Below are positions 38,391-49,853 of a stretch of DNA of 49,853 nucleotides, piece by piece. Positions within the stretch are counted from its first letter, which is position 1, and each line of letters opens with the position of its first letter. The DNA lies in contig NC_068998.1 of NCBI RefSeq assembly GCF_001194135.2, forward strand, positions 3,324,029 through 3,373,881, given 5' to 3'. The DNA comes from Octopus bimaculoides (lineage: Eukaryota). The notes beneath the pieces are model-generated. The model searched no databases, was not told where the DNA came from, and saw only the letters and a list, made by a program, of their open reading frames with translations. The position numbers and the translations under genes were made by a program.

Positions 38391-39148
38391 TCTTGGTGAT
38401 TGTGGTAGTCTCTATACTTCCAAAATGAAAAGTGTTAGTGAAGTGGCGTTCTCCCTGTCAATGGAACGAAAGGAGTTCAGATGTCGGATATGCCGTCATT
38501 TGAAGTCGTTGGTGGTAAGTCCCACAGTTTCTCTGGATACTATCTACTGGCGTGTGTATCTCTATATTCCATGGCATTGGAAGAATAAAAACGCTTTAGT
38601 GAGCAAGATTTATTTATTTATTTATTTATTTGGCAATAGCAAGGCAGTTACTAAAATAGAGGTGGCTACGGAGGCATATATTTTCGGTTGTTATGTTGAA
38701 AATTTTAGGCAAAAATAGCTAACCTTAACATTTTGTATATTGGAAAGTCTCTGGTATTCGTGTGTGGTTAAAATATGATACCATACACCAGATTGGAAGT
38801 TCTTAGCAATATTTGTAGTGACTTACATAATCAGAGAGTAGATTAAACTAGATTAGCTTCTGTTTGTTTGTTCTCTCTGTGTACGGATTAAGCATGGGAT
38901 CGTTCATATAGATCAACATCTCGCTGAAGGTACTGCTGGCTGGAGCTTCGTTATAGTTGATGGTTTCCTTGTCGAAAATTTCAGGGCGCGTAGGAAAATC
39001 TCCTGTTTATGCTTGATACTGGATAGCTAATTATAGCTAGAAAAGATTGGAGTTCACGCAGAAATATAATATCTCCTTATCTGGATTCTTATAAGAATGG
39101 TGCTGACGTAATATTTAGGCAATTAGCTATCGTTAGGTTGGTGCAGGT

Positions 39149-39325
39149 AAGGCGGCAAGATGGCAGAATCGTTAACATGTCGGACGAAATACTTAGCGGC
39201 ATTTCTTCCGAATCTTCACTTTCTGATTTCAAAGCCTGTCGAGGGAAACTTTGTCTTTCACTCCATCGCAGACGATTAAAAAACGTATTAAGTCAAGTAC
39301 TGAGGTCGATGTAATCGACTTGCTT
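39149..39325 (+). mobile_element. SINE family B copy
   Basis: aaggcggcaagatggcagaatcgttaacatgtcggacgaaatacttagcggcatttc...aagtactgaggtcgatgtaatcgact. Confidence 0.8.
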
Positions 39326-40512
39326 CCTTCTCCTCCTCTTCTCAAAACTGCTCGCTTTGGACCCTGCAACGGACCAGCTTCCCATTCGGGGTGGGGTTGG
39401 TGGGGTGTATGTCACCTTCTTGGTCAGTTAGACGCCATGGACAGGAGGTAACTGGTCTTATGAGTCCTAAGACTTAAGGGATCAAGAAAACTGAAAATAT
39501 ATTAAAAAAAAGTTAGCGGGGATAGATATATTGAAGGCACGCTCCTTGTACATGTCTGCCAGGCCCTTTCTGAATTGAGCCATTGTACGGCAGGTCATGT
39601 CGTGTAAGACCGTGGTGGCAGGTTCGTTTCCTGAAAACGACTACGGTAAACTGTATTAGAACCTCATCTTGTAGCGTTGGCTTTGATCGGAGGTCTGGTT
39701 GACCAGGGTGAATTTGGAGGCAAACAACAACAACAACATCTACTTCTGTCACAATTACTATTAACTCTCATCACCGACATACACAGCCACCACCAACACC
39801 ATCTTACACCACCTCAACAGCCATTACTTTCCATATCACCACCACCACCACCACCTTACGTATTCTCTACAACCATCACCATCACCTTCACAACTACTAT
39901 CAACACCATCATCACAAACACCTCAACCACCACCGCAACAACCACTATCATCATCATCATCATCATCATCGCTACTATCATCACAACCACCATAACCGTC
40001 GTCGCCGCCCCCGCCGCCACCCTCTCTCCCTATTGTGAATGTTAAAATGAATTCATGTACAATGTTTCTAACAGTTCTCATTTAAAAAAGGAATCAATAA
40101 AACAATAAAGACAAGGAAAGAAAGACAAAGAGAGACAGAAAGAAAGAAAGGAAGAAACTAAAGAGAGAGAGAGAGAGAGAGAGAGTAAGAGAGAAAGAAA
40201 GATAGTCATAAGTAAGCAATTGTGTGTGTGTTTGACTGTTGAAGAATCGTCGAGATATTTGTTAGTCATGAGTCATCGAGTTGTTAATATTTGGTGGAGT
40301 TGAAGACGGATAGGATACCATTACTGCAGTTACTAACACTAGTACCACCACTACCACCACCACCACCACCACCACTACTACTACTACTGCTGCTGCTGCT
40401 GATGATGATAGTACCACTAACAATACCACCACTATCACCACCACTGATAGTACCACAAATACCAACGCTGTCATCTATAATACCACAACTGCTAATAGTA
40501 CCCCCTATATAT

Positions 40513-40721
40513 TGGTTTGAAATTTTGACACAAGGCCAGCAATTCTGGGAGAGAAGATAATCCGATTACATCGGTCCCCCGATACACAACTGGTACTTAT
40601 TTTATCGACTCTAAAAGGAAGAAAGGCAAAGTCGACCTCGGCGGAATTTGAACTCAGAACGTAGCGACGGACAAAATGCCGCTCAGTAGTTTGTCCAGCC
40701 AGCTAACGATTCTGCCAGCTC
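40513..40721 (-). mobile_element. SINE family B, full length
   Basis: ttgaaattttgacacaaggccagc...gtcgacctcggcggaatttgaactcagaacg...gctaacgattctgccagctc. Confidence 0.9.
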
Positions 40722-40743
40722 TTTGCTCTAGTACCAATATATA

Positions 40744-40867
40744 TTACAAGGGTAACGTTGATAGTAACTTCGAAGTTCCGGCTTCATAGATTCGGCTTAC
40801 CATCAAACTCACTGATGACGGTTGGTAAATTGAAACTTCGAAGTCACTGTCAACGTTTTCCTTGTAA
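40744..40867. repeat. Imperfect 36-bp inverted repeat (40744-40779 and 40832-40867) enclosing a CTGATGA motif
   Basis: ttacaagggtaacgttgatagtaacttcgaagttcc versus the reverse complement of gaaacttcgaagtcactgtcaacgttttccttgtaa: 31 of 36 match. Confidence 0.75.
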
Positions 40868-40993
40868 AAATTAATAAATAAGTACGCGACATGGTATGGT
40901 TTAAACCCATTGTTTCTAAGTCCTTCCCTATTAGCCTTAGTGTGTCACACTTGATCTTCATATTCTAGGAACGCCACAAACTTCTCCGTTCCC

Positions 40994-41445
40994 TCAGAGG
41001 TCATCCATTTTCTTCCAGTTCCAGACTTTGGAGGGCAAGAATGGATGGTGTGTAATCGTTCGAATTGTGTTGCTTAGCACCATCCACAACTCACCACCTT
41101 TGTACAACTCAACTATTGGTCGGGTTGGTATTTCTAAAGGATCTTCATTCCTGTACAAAACCGCGCATGCAAAGGTCCGTGCAGTCCTAGACACTTCTGG
41201 ATAGATGATGGTACATTTCTGTTGAGTTATCACAAGCCGTGTCGAAGCGACATCTTAAGACTACATAGGGCTCCTTACAACATCAGTGACCACTGTAGTC
41301 TGGGGTACAAAGCGAATTGCAAACACCAGAGTTTGAATTTGTCTGTTGCTAATGTTTTATCGATCACTGAGAGTCCCTCCTCAGCCATTTTCTGAATTTT
41401 CGGTCTTTTGACTTCTATTATTAAGCAATCTGCAATACAGGCTCC
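40994..41445 (-). mobile_element. Non-LTR retrotransposon fragment, HERO/R2-group-like, post-RT region
   Basis: IQKMAEEGLSVIDKTLATDKFKLWCLQFALYPRLQWSL resembles GL..IDKS.LPGKFK.W..Q...LPRL.WPL; the next frame ALY....LEIP..PIVELYK resembles IALY...KL.LP..SL.EEFK. Confidence 0.7.
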
Positions 41446-42131
41446 CCCCCCCCCNNNNNNNNNNNNNNNNNNNNNNNNNNNNNNNNNNNNNNNNNNNNNN
41501 NNNNNNNNNNNNNNNNNNNNNNNNNNNNNNNNNNNNNNNNNNNNNNNNNNNNNNNNNNNNNNNNNNNNNNNNNNNNNNNNNNNNNNNNNNNNNNNNNNNN
41601 NNNNNNNNNNNNNNNNNNNNNNNNNNNNNNNNNNNNNNNNNNNNNNNNNNNNNNNNNNNNNNNNNNNNNNNNNNNNNNNNNNNNNNNNNNNNNNNNNNNN
41701 NNNNNNNNNNNNNNNNNNNNNNNNNNNNNNNNNNNNNNNNNNNNNNNNNNNNNNNNNNNNNNNNNNNNNNNNNNNNNNNNNNNNNNNNNNNNNNNNNNNN
41801 NNNNNNNNNNNNNNNNNNNNNNNNNNNNNNNNNNNNNNNNNNNNNNNNNNNNNNNNNNNNNNNNNNNNNNNNNNNNNNNNNNNNNNNNNNNNNNNNNNNN
41901 NNNNNNNNNNNNNNNNNNNNNNNNNNNNNNNNNNNNNNNNNNNNNNNNNNNNNNNNNNNNNNNNNNNNNNNNNNNNNNNNNNNNNNNNNNNNNNNNNNNN
42001 NNNNCTTGGGTGGAGTCGGGGTGAAGTCGGGGTGGGTAGTGAATGGAAAATAAACGGGCGTTTAGTTGTGAAGCTTATGGGTGCATGATTATCCAAAGAC
42101 TTACGTCTTCAATGGAGTCGCAATAATAATA

Positions 42132-42198
<67 letters not shown>

Positions 42199-42909
42199 TA
42201 ATAATGATGATGATGATAATAATGAGATATTTTCTTTCATTGATTACCGAGTTATATATGTACTCATTCATTTGTAGCAATGAAGAGGAGGTGAGGTGGA
42301 GATTGTTGTTGCTCTTGATGATAAAAATAATAATGAAGATGACGATGACAACGACGACGACGATGACAATGGTGACGATGATGATGATGATGAAAAGGAG
42401 GTGGAGGAGGAGGAAAGCTAGGAGAAAGAAGATGAGGATGATGGTGACGGCAACGATGATGACAACGATGACGACGAAGATGATGACGAAGATGACGACG
42501 ATGATGATTATTATAAGATGATGATAATGATGATGATGATGATGATGATAAAAGCCAATTGGTAAATAATTCAAACAAGTTAAATAAGAATTATAAAAAT
42601 AGATGTAAAAATAAAATGAAATTAAAAAAAAAAAAACGAAAACGATGAAAGGAAACAAGGAAATATTTACTAATTTTTCGTTCAGTTATTTTTGTTTACC
42701 ATTTATTTCGTTTGGAATCACCCCTACCTCCACCTCTGCTCCATCCCAATCCTGCACCATCCACCCTGCTCCCTCTACCCTCCACCCTCCTACCGCCAAT
42801 TTATTGGGCATTGAACCAGATGGAGTTAATAACTTGTTTGTTACAAAGTGTACCAGAGAAGGGAGGACAGAAATATCTTCTCGAAACACCAAATAACAAC
42901 AACAACCAC

Positions 42910-42965
<56 letters not shown>

Positions 42966-43067
42966 TAAATATTAATGATGATGATGATGATGATGGTTTC
43001 TTTTATTGGTCACAGGGGTCCATACGTACTAAATGCAAAACGTATCTTTATATATATATATATATAT

Positions 43068-43300
43068 TCATATTTCCCTTCTCGGTTGTGGTTGAGCTTT
43101 TCCTCTTTTACCAAGCCACTGTTTACGACGTTTAACATTTCGATAGAAGATCCATTTTTCGTCACCAGTCACAAGGCTGTCCAAAAAGGGTGAAATGAGT
43201 TCGCGTGAATGGAGAGAAGAGCAAATGTCAACTCGGGATTTGCGGTTGCTTTCGGACAATTCATGAAGCACCCATTTTCCAATGGTAATTTTTCTTCCAC
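43068..43300 (-). mobile_element. mariner (DD34D-type) transposase fragment
   Basis: GKWVLHELSESNRKSRVDICSSLHSR...PFLDSLVTGDEKWIFYRNVKRRKQW contains the WVPHEL linker and TGDEKW first-D motif; no ends seen. Confidence 0.9.
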
Positions 43301-44457
43301 CCAGGGTACTCAAAATGCAAACATATTATTATATATGTTTTGTAACTTAAATTTGGTGTGAAATAATTATAGGCAATGTTAATTAATTAATAAATTAATT
43401 TATATCCATTGAATCTCTCCATTTTCAAACTTTATATAAATATATATATATATATACAAACAAATACCAAACAAATACAAATATATACAAATACAAATAT
43501 ATACAAAAAGAGATGACCAACCGCCCCAGCGTACGTATGTTTTCCTTCCAAACAAACAAATGAGAATAACGAACATCTTATTGGGATCAACTTCTCATTG
43601 AGTGGTTGTTAAATTTTCTATCTATGTTATGATGCAGTTAATAGAATAATGTATCTTTTCGATGTATCAACAATAATTTTGTCCCCAGAATGTTCGAACG
43701 CGTACTTATATTGACGCAGTTCTATTGGATCTATTTTGCTTCAAGATGTAACACTTTCGAGGTAAAACTACTCCGAAATATTTAAACATTATGGGATTGT
43801 AAATATCATACAACAAGAATATTTAACGCCGTCGTCAATAAGAGGTTGAGCATTGTACAATGATAACCGTTTACTGTTATTTTCTACTAATCGTAAGTGT
43901 AGTCCGTTTCTTTAGCCATATTTAGTGTATATATACGACTGATAGGTCAGTTATTGATGTAATCCTCTGAGATAACATCTCTTCCGGTCGTACTGTTTTG
44001 AAAACAATAAAGATCGGAAGGAGACAAAAATAGCAAGAACGTTTCGGCCACTTTAAGCCTTTTTTTTTTTCTGATCTTTTTCTGATGGTGGTCTTTAATA
44101 AGACGATGCTACAAAATCTGTTTTGTCCCAAAGTGTTATAAATAGTAGACGACATGTCGTTAATTTATTTCCCTTCGCTGCGTTACTGATGAGTAAATTA
44201 GAAGAAGGGAACATTAATTAAAATCTGGAGTAATTTCTAATTAGATATTCTATCACCTACAAGTCAATATCGTGTTGCTCCCCCACCACGCACACACACG
44301 TTATTTGTATATATCATTGCAGCTACATAATTTTGTGCTAATTCCGTCAGTCTAAGGTTATGGCGTAACTCAGGCTTCGTGAGATGCACAGCTATACAGA
44401 TTACAGCGGACAGGACGTTCATATCCGCCAGGCGATATTACATTTTCTGTCTCATCC

Positions 44458-44534
<77 letters not shown>

Positions 44535-44674
44535 NNNNNNNNNNNNNNNNNNNNNNNNNNNNNNNNNNNNNNNNNNNNNNNNNNNNNNNNNNNNNNNNNN
44601 NNNNNNNNNNNNNNNNNNNNNNNNNNNNNNNNNNNNNNNNNNNNNNNNNNNNNNNNNNNNNNNNNNNNNNNTAT

Positions 44675-44820
44675 GCAGGAGTGGCTGTGTGGTAAGTAGT
44701 TTGCTTACCAATCACTTGATCACATGGTTCCGGGTTCAGTCCCACTTCGTGGCACCTTGGGCAAGTGTCTTCTACTACAGCCTCAGGCCGACCAAAGCAT
44801 TGTGAGTGGATTCGGTAGAG
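44675..44820 (+). mobile_element. SINE family A head and core, followed by a ~400-bp TG/TA microsatellite
   Basis: gcaggagtggctgtgtggtaag...ggttccgggttcagtccc...gtggcaccttgggcaagtgtcttc...ttgtgagtggattcggtaga. Confidence 0.9.
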
Positions 44821-45677
44821 GCCTATATAAATAGAAACTCACGCGTGTGTATATATGTCTCTATGTATGTATGTACGTATGTATATATGTACATATGTAT
44901 GTGTGTATGTATGTACGTATGTATGCATGTATATGTGTGTGTGTTTGTGTGTGTATGTGTGCATGTGTGCATGCGTGAGTGTGTATTTGTGTATATGTGT
45001 GTCTGTGTCTGTGCGTGCCTGTGTATGAGTATGTGTGTGTGTATGTATGTGTGTGCGTGTGTGTGCCTGTGTATGTGTGTATGCGTGCATGTGTGCACGC
45101 GTGAGTGTGTATGTGTGTGTATGCATGTGAGCATGTGTGTGTGCCTTTGTGTGCCTGTGTATAAGTATGTGTGTGTGTATGTGTGTGTATGTATGTGTGT
45201 GTGTTTGTAATGACGGTATAATTAAATTTGTGGGTAGAAAGCAATAGTGGGGGGGAGCGATAGGATTTCGTTAACAGGGGATTAAGGTAGATATCAGTTG
45301 GTTGTGCAGTCATAACTAATTCCTGTATATTAGGTATTAGAAGAGATAATTCCTGGAGGTTAGGTATTAGAAGAGATGCCGTTTTAATATCACAGGTGCC
45401 ATTTTCTCAAGCTCTTTGGAAAACAACTCAAAATATCTTTAAAAAGAAATTTAATGCATACATAATGCAAACGTATATATTATACACATACACACACAGA
45501 TATATATATATATATATATATAGATATATCTACGCAGATATGTACTTATCTATATATGATATATATNNNNNNNNNNNNNNNNNNNNNNNNNNNNNNNNNN
45601 NNNNNNNNNNNNNNNNNNNNNNNNNNNNNNNNNNNNNNNNNNNNNNNNNNNNNNNNNNNNNNNNNNNNNNNNNNNNN

Positions 45678-45732
<55 letters not shown>

Positions 45733-45873
45733 CATACTAGACTAAGTCTGAGTTTCCCTGTAACGGGGGTTTGTTTCTTGTGCTTATTTTTCTTTTCCAT
45801 GTTATTTCGCATGATTTCAACGAATGTGACATCGAAATCACGCGTAAACGGCTCCTTTCCCTAGAAACGGAAA

Positions 45874-45986
45874 GATTTGGCTGCTATTTCTTGCATACCC
45901 TGCTACCACGTAACAGGTATCTACTGTCCTTTATTGCAAATAGCTGTTACATGGTAGCAGGGCGTGCTAGAATTAGCAGCCAAATC
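45874..45986. repeat. 113-nt hairpin: 47-bp arms (41 of 47 complementary) and a 19-nt loop
   Basis: gatttggctgctatttcttgcataccctgctaccacgtaacaggtat versus atagctgttacatggtagcagggcgtgctagaattagcagccaaatc. Confidence 0.9.
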
Positions 45987-46506
45987 GTTGGAAGTGAGAC
46001 ACGTTGAATGCACTCGAAAGAAACCTATGGGGGAAAAAAAAACTATTTCACACAGTAGTTACGGACGGATCTTTTAATATTTACCATATTTTTAAAGTCA
46101 TTTTCACTTTTAAATATTTTGCCCGTTATAATGTGTTTAATGGAGAGGTTAGAGTTTCCTTCCTCTCAGGGTTAAGTTATTTTCAGAGTATTTTCACATT
46201 ATGCACCGTTTTGGGTATTTATAACCCCAAACCCCGAATATCTCAATAACCACTGGTCCGTTTTACGCAAAACGTTTTTTATTTTTTATTCTGTTTGAAT
46301 TTCAGGGGCACTTTATTTTCAAAGTACTTTCCCATTATGCGCCAGTTTGGCTGTGTTACATTGCAAGCAAGCAAGCAAGATTGAACTTCATTTTTAATGT
46401 ATTATTGATATGTACACTCGCAAAAAAGCCCCCAAAACTCATTATTTGAATTGACAACCTATAATGACTGAAGTAATATCCGGATGTTAATTTAATCTAA
46501 CATAAA

Positions 46507-46542
46507 CACTGATAGTTTCGCTTCTCGCGGACTCTTCAAGTG
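46507..46542 (-). ncRNA. Decayed minimal hammerhead-like motif
   Basis: Minus strand cact TGAAGA gtccgcgagaagc GAAA ctat c agtg: stem I cact/agtg is intact, the core lacks C3, and stem III is one base short of ACTAGT. Confidence 0.35.
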
Positions 46543-46852
46543 ATGTCACTTAATCCACTTAATTTTCATTTATGAAAATCACGATAGCAATATATCATAA
46601 ATCATATTATCGTATTTCAGTTATGTTTGCAGCTTTTCCATCGGCTGTTTTCTGTACATAATTTCACTATATGTACGTTTGCATCTGCGCAAGTGTTTTT
46701 TAATCTACCGACATATACACCCGCGGATACGTACACACACGTATGCGTACACATATATACATATACATAAAGACACACTTATACGAACACATACACACAG
46801 ACACACACATACACAATACAACACACACGGGGATACGCATGCACGCATATTT

Positions 46853-46898
<46 letters not shown>

Positions 46899-47099
46899 CG
46901 TGCGCGTGCGTGTGTGTGTATGTGTGTGTGTGTGTGTATATTTGTGTGTGTTTGTGTGCGAGCTTGCCTGAAATTTTAAAATGTATGATTTCAATAGATT
47001 ACGACTAAGCGCTGTTGTAATTCTATTAGGTAAATATTTTTGAAAGTGCAAAATTATAACAAATAAAGTAAACAATATACGATTATATTGATAATAATG

Positions 47100-47166
<67 letters not shown>

Positions 47167-47169
47167 TAT

Positions 47170-47273
47170 GGAGGCGCAATGGCCCAGTGGTTAGGGCAGC
47201 GAACTCGCGGTCGGAGGATCGCGATTTCGATTCCCAGACGGGAAAACACCTAAAGCTCCACAAGGCTCCGGCA
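47170..47273 (+). mobile_element. SINE family C head, internally deleted
   Basis: ggaggcgcaatggcccagtggttagggc (A box)...gatttcgattccc (B box)...aaaacacctaaagctcc. Confidence 0.85.
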
Positions 47274-47850
47274 GCGGCATTTCGTCCGTCTTTAGGCTCT
47301 GAGTTCAAATTCTGCCGAGGTCGACTTTTCCTTTCATCCTTTCAGGGTCTGTAAAATAAGTACGAGTTGAGCAACTGGGGTCGATGCAATCGACTTAACC
47401 CCATTCCCAAAATTGTTAGCCTTGTGCCAAAGTTTGAAACCAATGTCCGTTCCGGCTCTTTGTGTTCCGAGTTCAAATCCCGCTAGGGTCAAATTAGCCA
47501 CTCATCCATTCACAGTCGATAACATAAAGACCTAGACGAAAACTAGGGTCCATTGTATCAACTTAACCACCTCATCCCACCCCTCGAAATTGCTGGCCTT
47601 GTGCCTAAATCGGAAACGCAGAATCGTTATTATAAAAGGTGACGAACCGGCAGAACCGTTAGCGCGCCAGACAAAATGCTTAGTAGCATTTCTTCCGACT
47701 CGTTACATTCTGAGTTCAAATTCCGCCAAAGTCGACTTTGCTTTAAGGAGTCAATAAAATAAATACCAGTTGAGAACTGGGGTCGATGTAATCGACGAGA
47801 CCCTCTCCCACCAAAATTTCGGACTTCATGCCTGTAGCAGAAACGATCAT
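47274..47850 (+). mobile_element. Head-to-tail array of three SINE family B copies of different ages
   Basis: Three successive gagttcaaat...ggccttgtgcc or equivalent units at about 47274-47443, 47444-47618 and 47636-47850. Confidence 0.85.
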
Positions 47851-48474
47851 TATTATCACCATCCCTACAGCATCATTATCATCATCATCATCATTATCAT
47901 TTTCGCCATCATGATCATCATGATCATCATCATTAACATCCTTAATTCCATGTGAATCCCCACGGTGACAAAAGGTATCTGGTATCGAACCATATAGGAT
48001 CGATCTTAGAACACCAAAGTAACACGCCCCNNNNNNNNNNNNNNNNNNNNNNNNNNNNNNNNNNNNNNNNNNNNNNNNNNNNNNNNNNNNNNNNNNNNNN
48101 NNNNNNNNNNNNNNNNNNNNNNNNNNNNNNNNNNNNNNNNNNNNNNNNNNNNNNNNNNNNNNNNNNNNNNNNNNNNNNNNNNNNNNNNNNNNNNNNNNNN
48201 NNNNNNNNNNNNNNNNNNNNNNNNNNNNNNNNNNNNNNNNNNNNNNNNNNNNNNNNNNNNNNNNNNNNNNNNNNNNNNNNNNNNNNNNNNNNNNNNNNNN
48301 NNNNNNNNNNNNNNNNNNNNNNNNNNNNNNNNNNNNNNNNNNNNNNNNNNNNNNNNNNNNNNNNNNNNNNNNNNNNNNNNNNNNNNNNNNNNNNNNNNNN
48401 NNNNNNNNNNNNNNNNNNNNNNNNNNNNNNNNNNNNNNNNNNNNNNNNNNNNNNNNNNNNNNNNNNNNNNNNNN

Positions 48475-48505
<31 letters not shown>

Positions 48506-48772
48506 GGACACGCAAACACTCATACACACACGCGCACACACTACTATTTTTTAAATTTATTAGTGTTGCAAAATAGGAGTTATATATATATATATATATA
48601 TCTATATATCTATATTTAATAACAGTTTGACTCAGCTCTACACGGCTTAAAGTTTCGTGGGCGTGTAGGACACGTCCATCTAGTCTGAGCTGTATATGTA
48701 TATACACATATACATACATATATATATTTGCATATATAATATATGTATATATGTATATATATATGTATGTAT

Positions 48773-48975
48773 TCTTTTTTCTTTTACTTGTTTCAGTCAT
48801 CTGACAGCGGCCATACTGGAGCACCGCCTTTAGTCGAGCAAATATACCCCAGAACTTATTTTTTGTAACCCTAGTACTTATTCTATCGGTCATTTTTGCC
48901 GAACCGCTATGTTACGGAGACGTAAATGCACCAGCATCGTTTGACGAGCGATGGTGACGGGGGACAAACACAGAG
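48773..48975 (-). mobile_element. SINE family A, 3' half
   Basis: cttttacttgtttcagtcatctgacagcggccatactggagcaccgcc...gccgaaccgct..gttacgg...ggggacaaacacagag. Confidence 0.85.
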
Positions 48976-49394
48976 GGTACAGGGCGTCACCAACTGTGTA
49001 AACAACATGAAATACGAAAACAGACTGCTCGAAATGGGGGTGAAGATAGACAGCCGACAACTGATGAAGGGTCATTCTTTGTATTATTTGTCCGTTTTTT
49101 CTCTCTCGTTATTTGGTAATATTTTCATGAAATGTTTGACTCAGAAAACATCCAAAGAAACCAAAAATATCAAATACATTTCGCGGGTACGCACACACAC
49201 AAACACACATACGTTTCTAAGATGAAGAAATTCGCTTTACCATTGCATCTCACTCAGTTCAAGTCCATTAGTGGGAAGTGAGCTTTATTTTCGCTCAGAT
49301 TAGCTTCTTTTATCCGGAGGTTACCGATATTATAGCTTACGGTCTTGATGGCGACTGCAATGTTCAGTATATCTGTTTGCATTTACTATTGTAG

Positions 49395-49560
49395 TTTTTA
49401 AATGATGAAACTCGTATGATGTTCTTTGATTTGAATGTGTAGCGACCGAATTATGCCCGTATGTATTATCCAACAATCTTTTGCATTGCATGTAGCATAC
49501 AACGTAAGTTTGCGCTTGCATGTCAACGTTGCTGATGGGCTGTTAGACAGCACATATATG
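49395..49560 (-). mobile_element. Penelope-like GIY-YIG endonuclease remnant
   Basis: QAQTYVVCYMQCK, then after a frameshift HTGIIRSLHIQIKEHH; cf. NVVY...C..C...YIG.T.R.L..RIKEH. Confidence 0.45.
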
Positions 49561-49853
49561 AGTTCTTGTTGCTGGGTAAAAAATTTGTTAGATGGCAGTT
49601 TTTGTAGAGAAACTCCCAGGTGTGTCAACTGTGTACCTAGCCTTTCCCTACAAATGACCGTGTACACAGCAGCAGTCGTACTTTCTCCAAAATGTGACTC
49701 CAGGAAACATATGTTGGAAATGTTACTTTTTTTTTGGTGAAGTGGGATCTTGAAAGTGAGTAGTAAGGGATGACGGCTTTCAGCATCTTATCTTTTGAAA
49801 ACGTGCTCTATGGTTAACTTTGGTTTTTCTTTGTGCGTGTATATATATATATA

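Larger units (their letters stand above)
1..49853. repeat. Pervasive microsatellite and low-complexity tracts: (AC)n, (AT)n, (AG)n, (ATAC)n, (ATAG)n, (AGAC)n, (AAT)n, (ATC)n, (ACC)n, (AAC)n, (AGT)n, (AAG)n
   Basis: Directly visible throughout. Most N gaps are bordered by these tracts, and they explain the YIYI/HTHT/poly-I/poly-D ORFs. Confidence 0.99.

Noticed and set aside
38760-39720. Faint LINE-like translated motifs on the minus strand (TGDFPTRP; FRKGLADMY)
   Set aside because: Similarity is too weak to assign by eye; a frameshift-aware profile search would decide.
47170-47240. tRNA gene calls for tRNA-like heads (also 30887, 34192, 7944)
   Set aside because: They lack complete cloverleaves and continue into shared SINE bodies present in several copies.
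923-48893. The large majority of listed ORFs (YIYI, HTHT, CVCV, poly-I/N/D/T/V, X-filled)
   Set aside because: They are translations of microsatellites and N gaps, with no domain content or splice context.
49059-49090. CTGATGAAGGG motif
   Set aside because: No closing stem II or GAAA follows.

Overview
Eukaryotic, AT-rich, repeat-saturated genomic window with many N gaps, most of them flanked by simple repeats. The SINE families and very dense (AC)n/(AT)n/(ATAC)n/(AAT)n/(ATC)n/(ACC)n tracts look like an octopod cephalopod assembly (inferred from recalled repeat families, not from a search). I found no intact protein-coding gene, tRNA, rRNA or CRISPR array, and nearly all of the supplied ORF track is translated microsatellite or N-gap. 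The window does contain more than 20 copies of four or five tRNA-derived SINE families (my labels A-E) and three kinds of Tc1/mariner remnant, including a near full-length DD37D/maT transposase pseudogene. It also has hAT-like ends, a HERO/R2-group non-LTR fragment and three Penelope-like fragments. The most interesting structures are: (1) a minimal, palindromic-stem-III hammerhead ribozyme relic inside a Penelope-like remnant, plus three more decayed hammerhead-like motifs; (2) a 511-bp TA-flanked foldback made of two Tc1 3' ends around an apparent RTE-LINE fragment fused in frame; (3) a 33-bp minisatellite carrying eight perfect p53-type decamers; (4) a 113-nt hairpin; (5) a micro-inversion between two direct repeats. 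All protein assignments are by-eye motif matches and need HMM confirmation.
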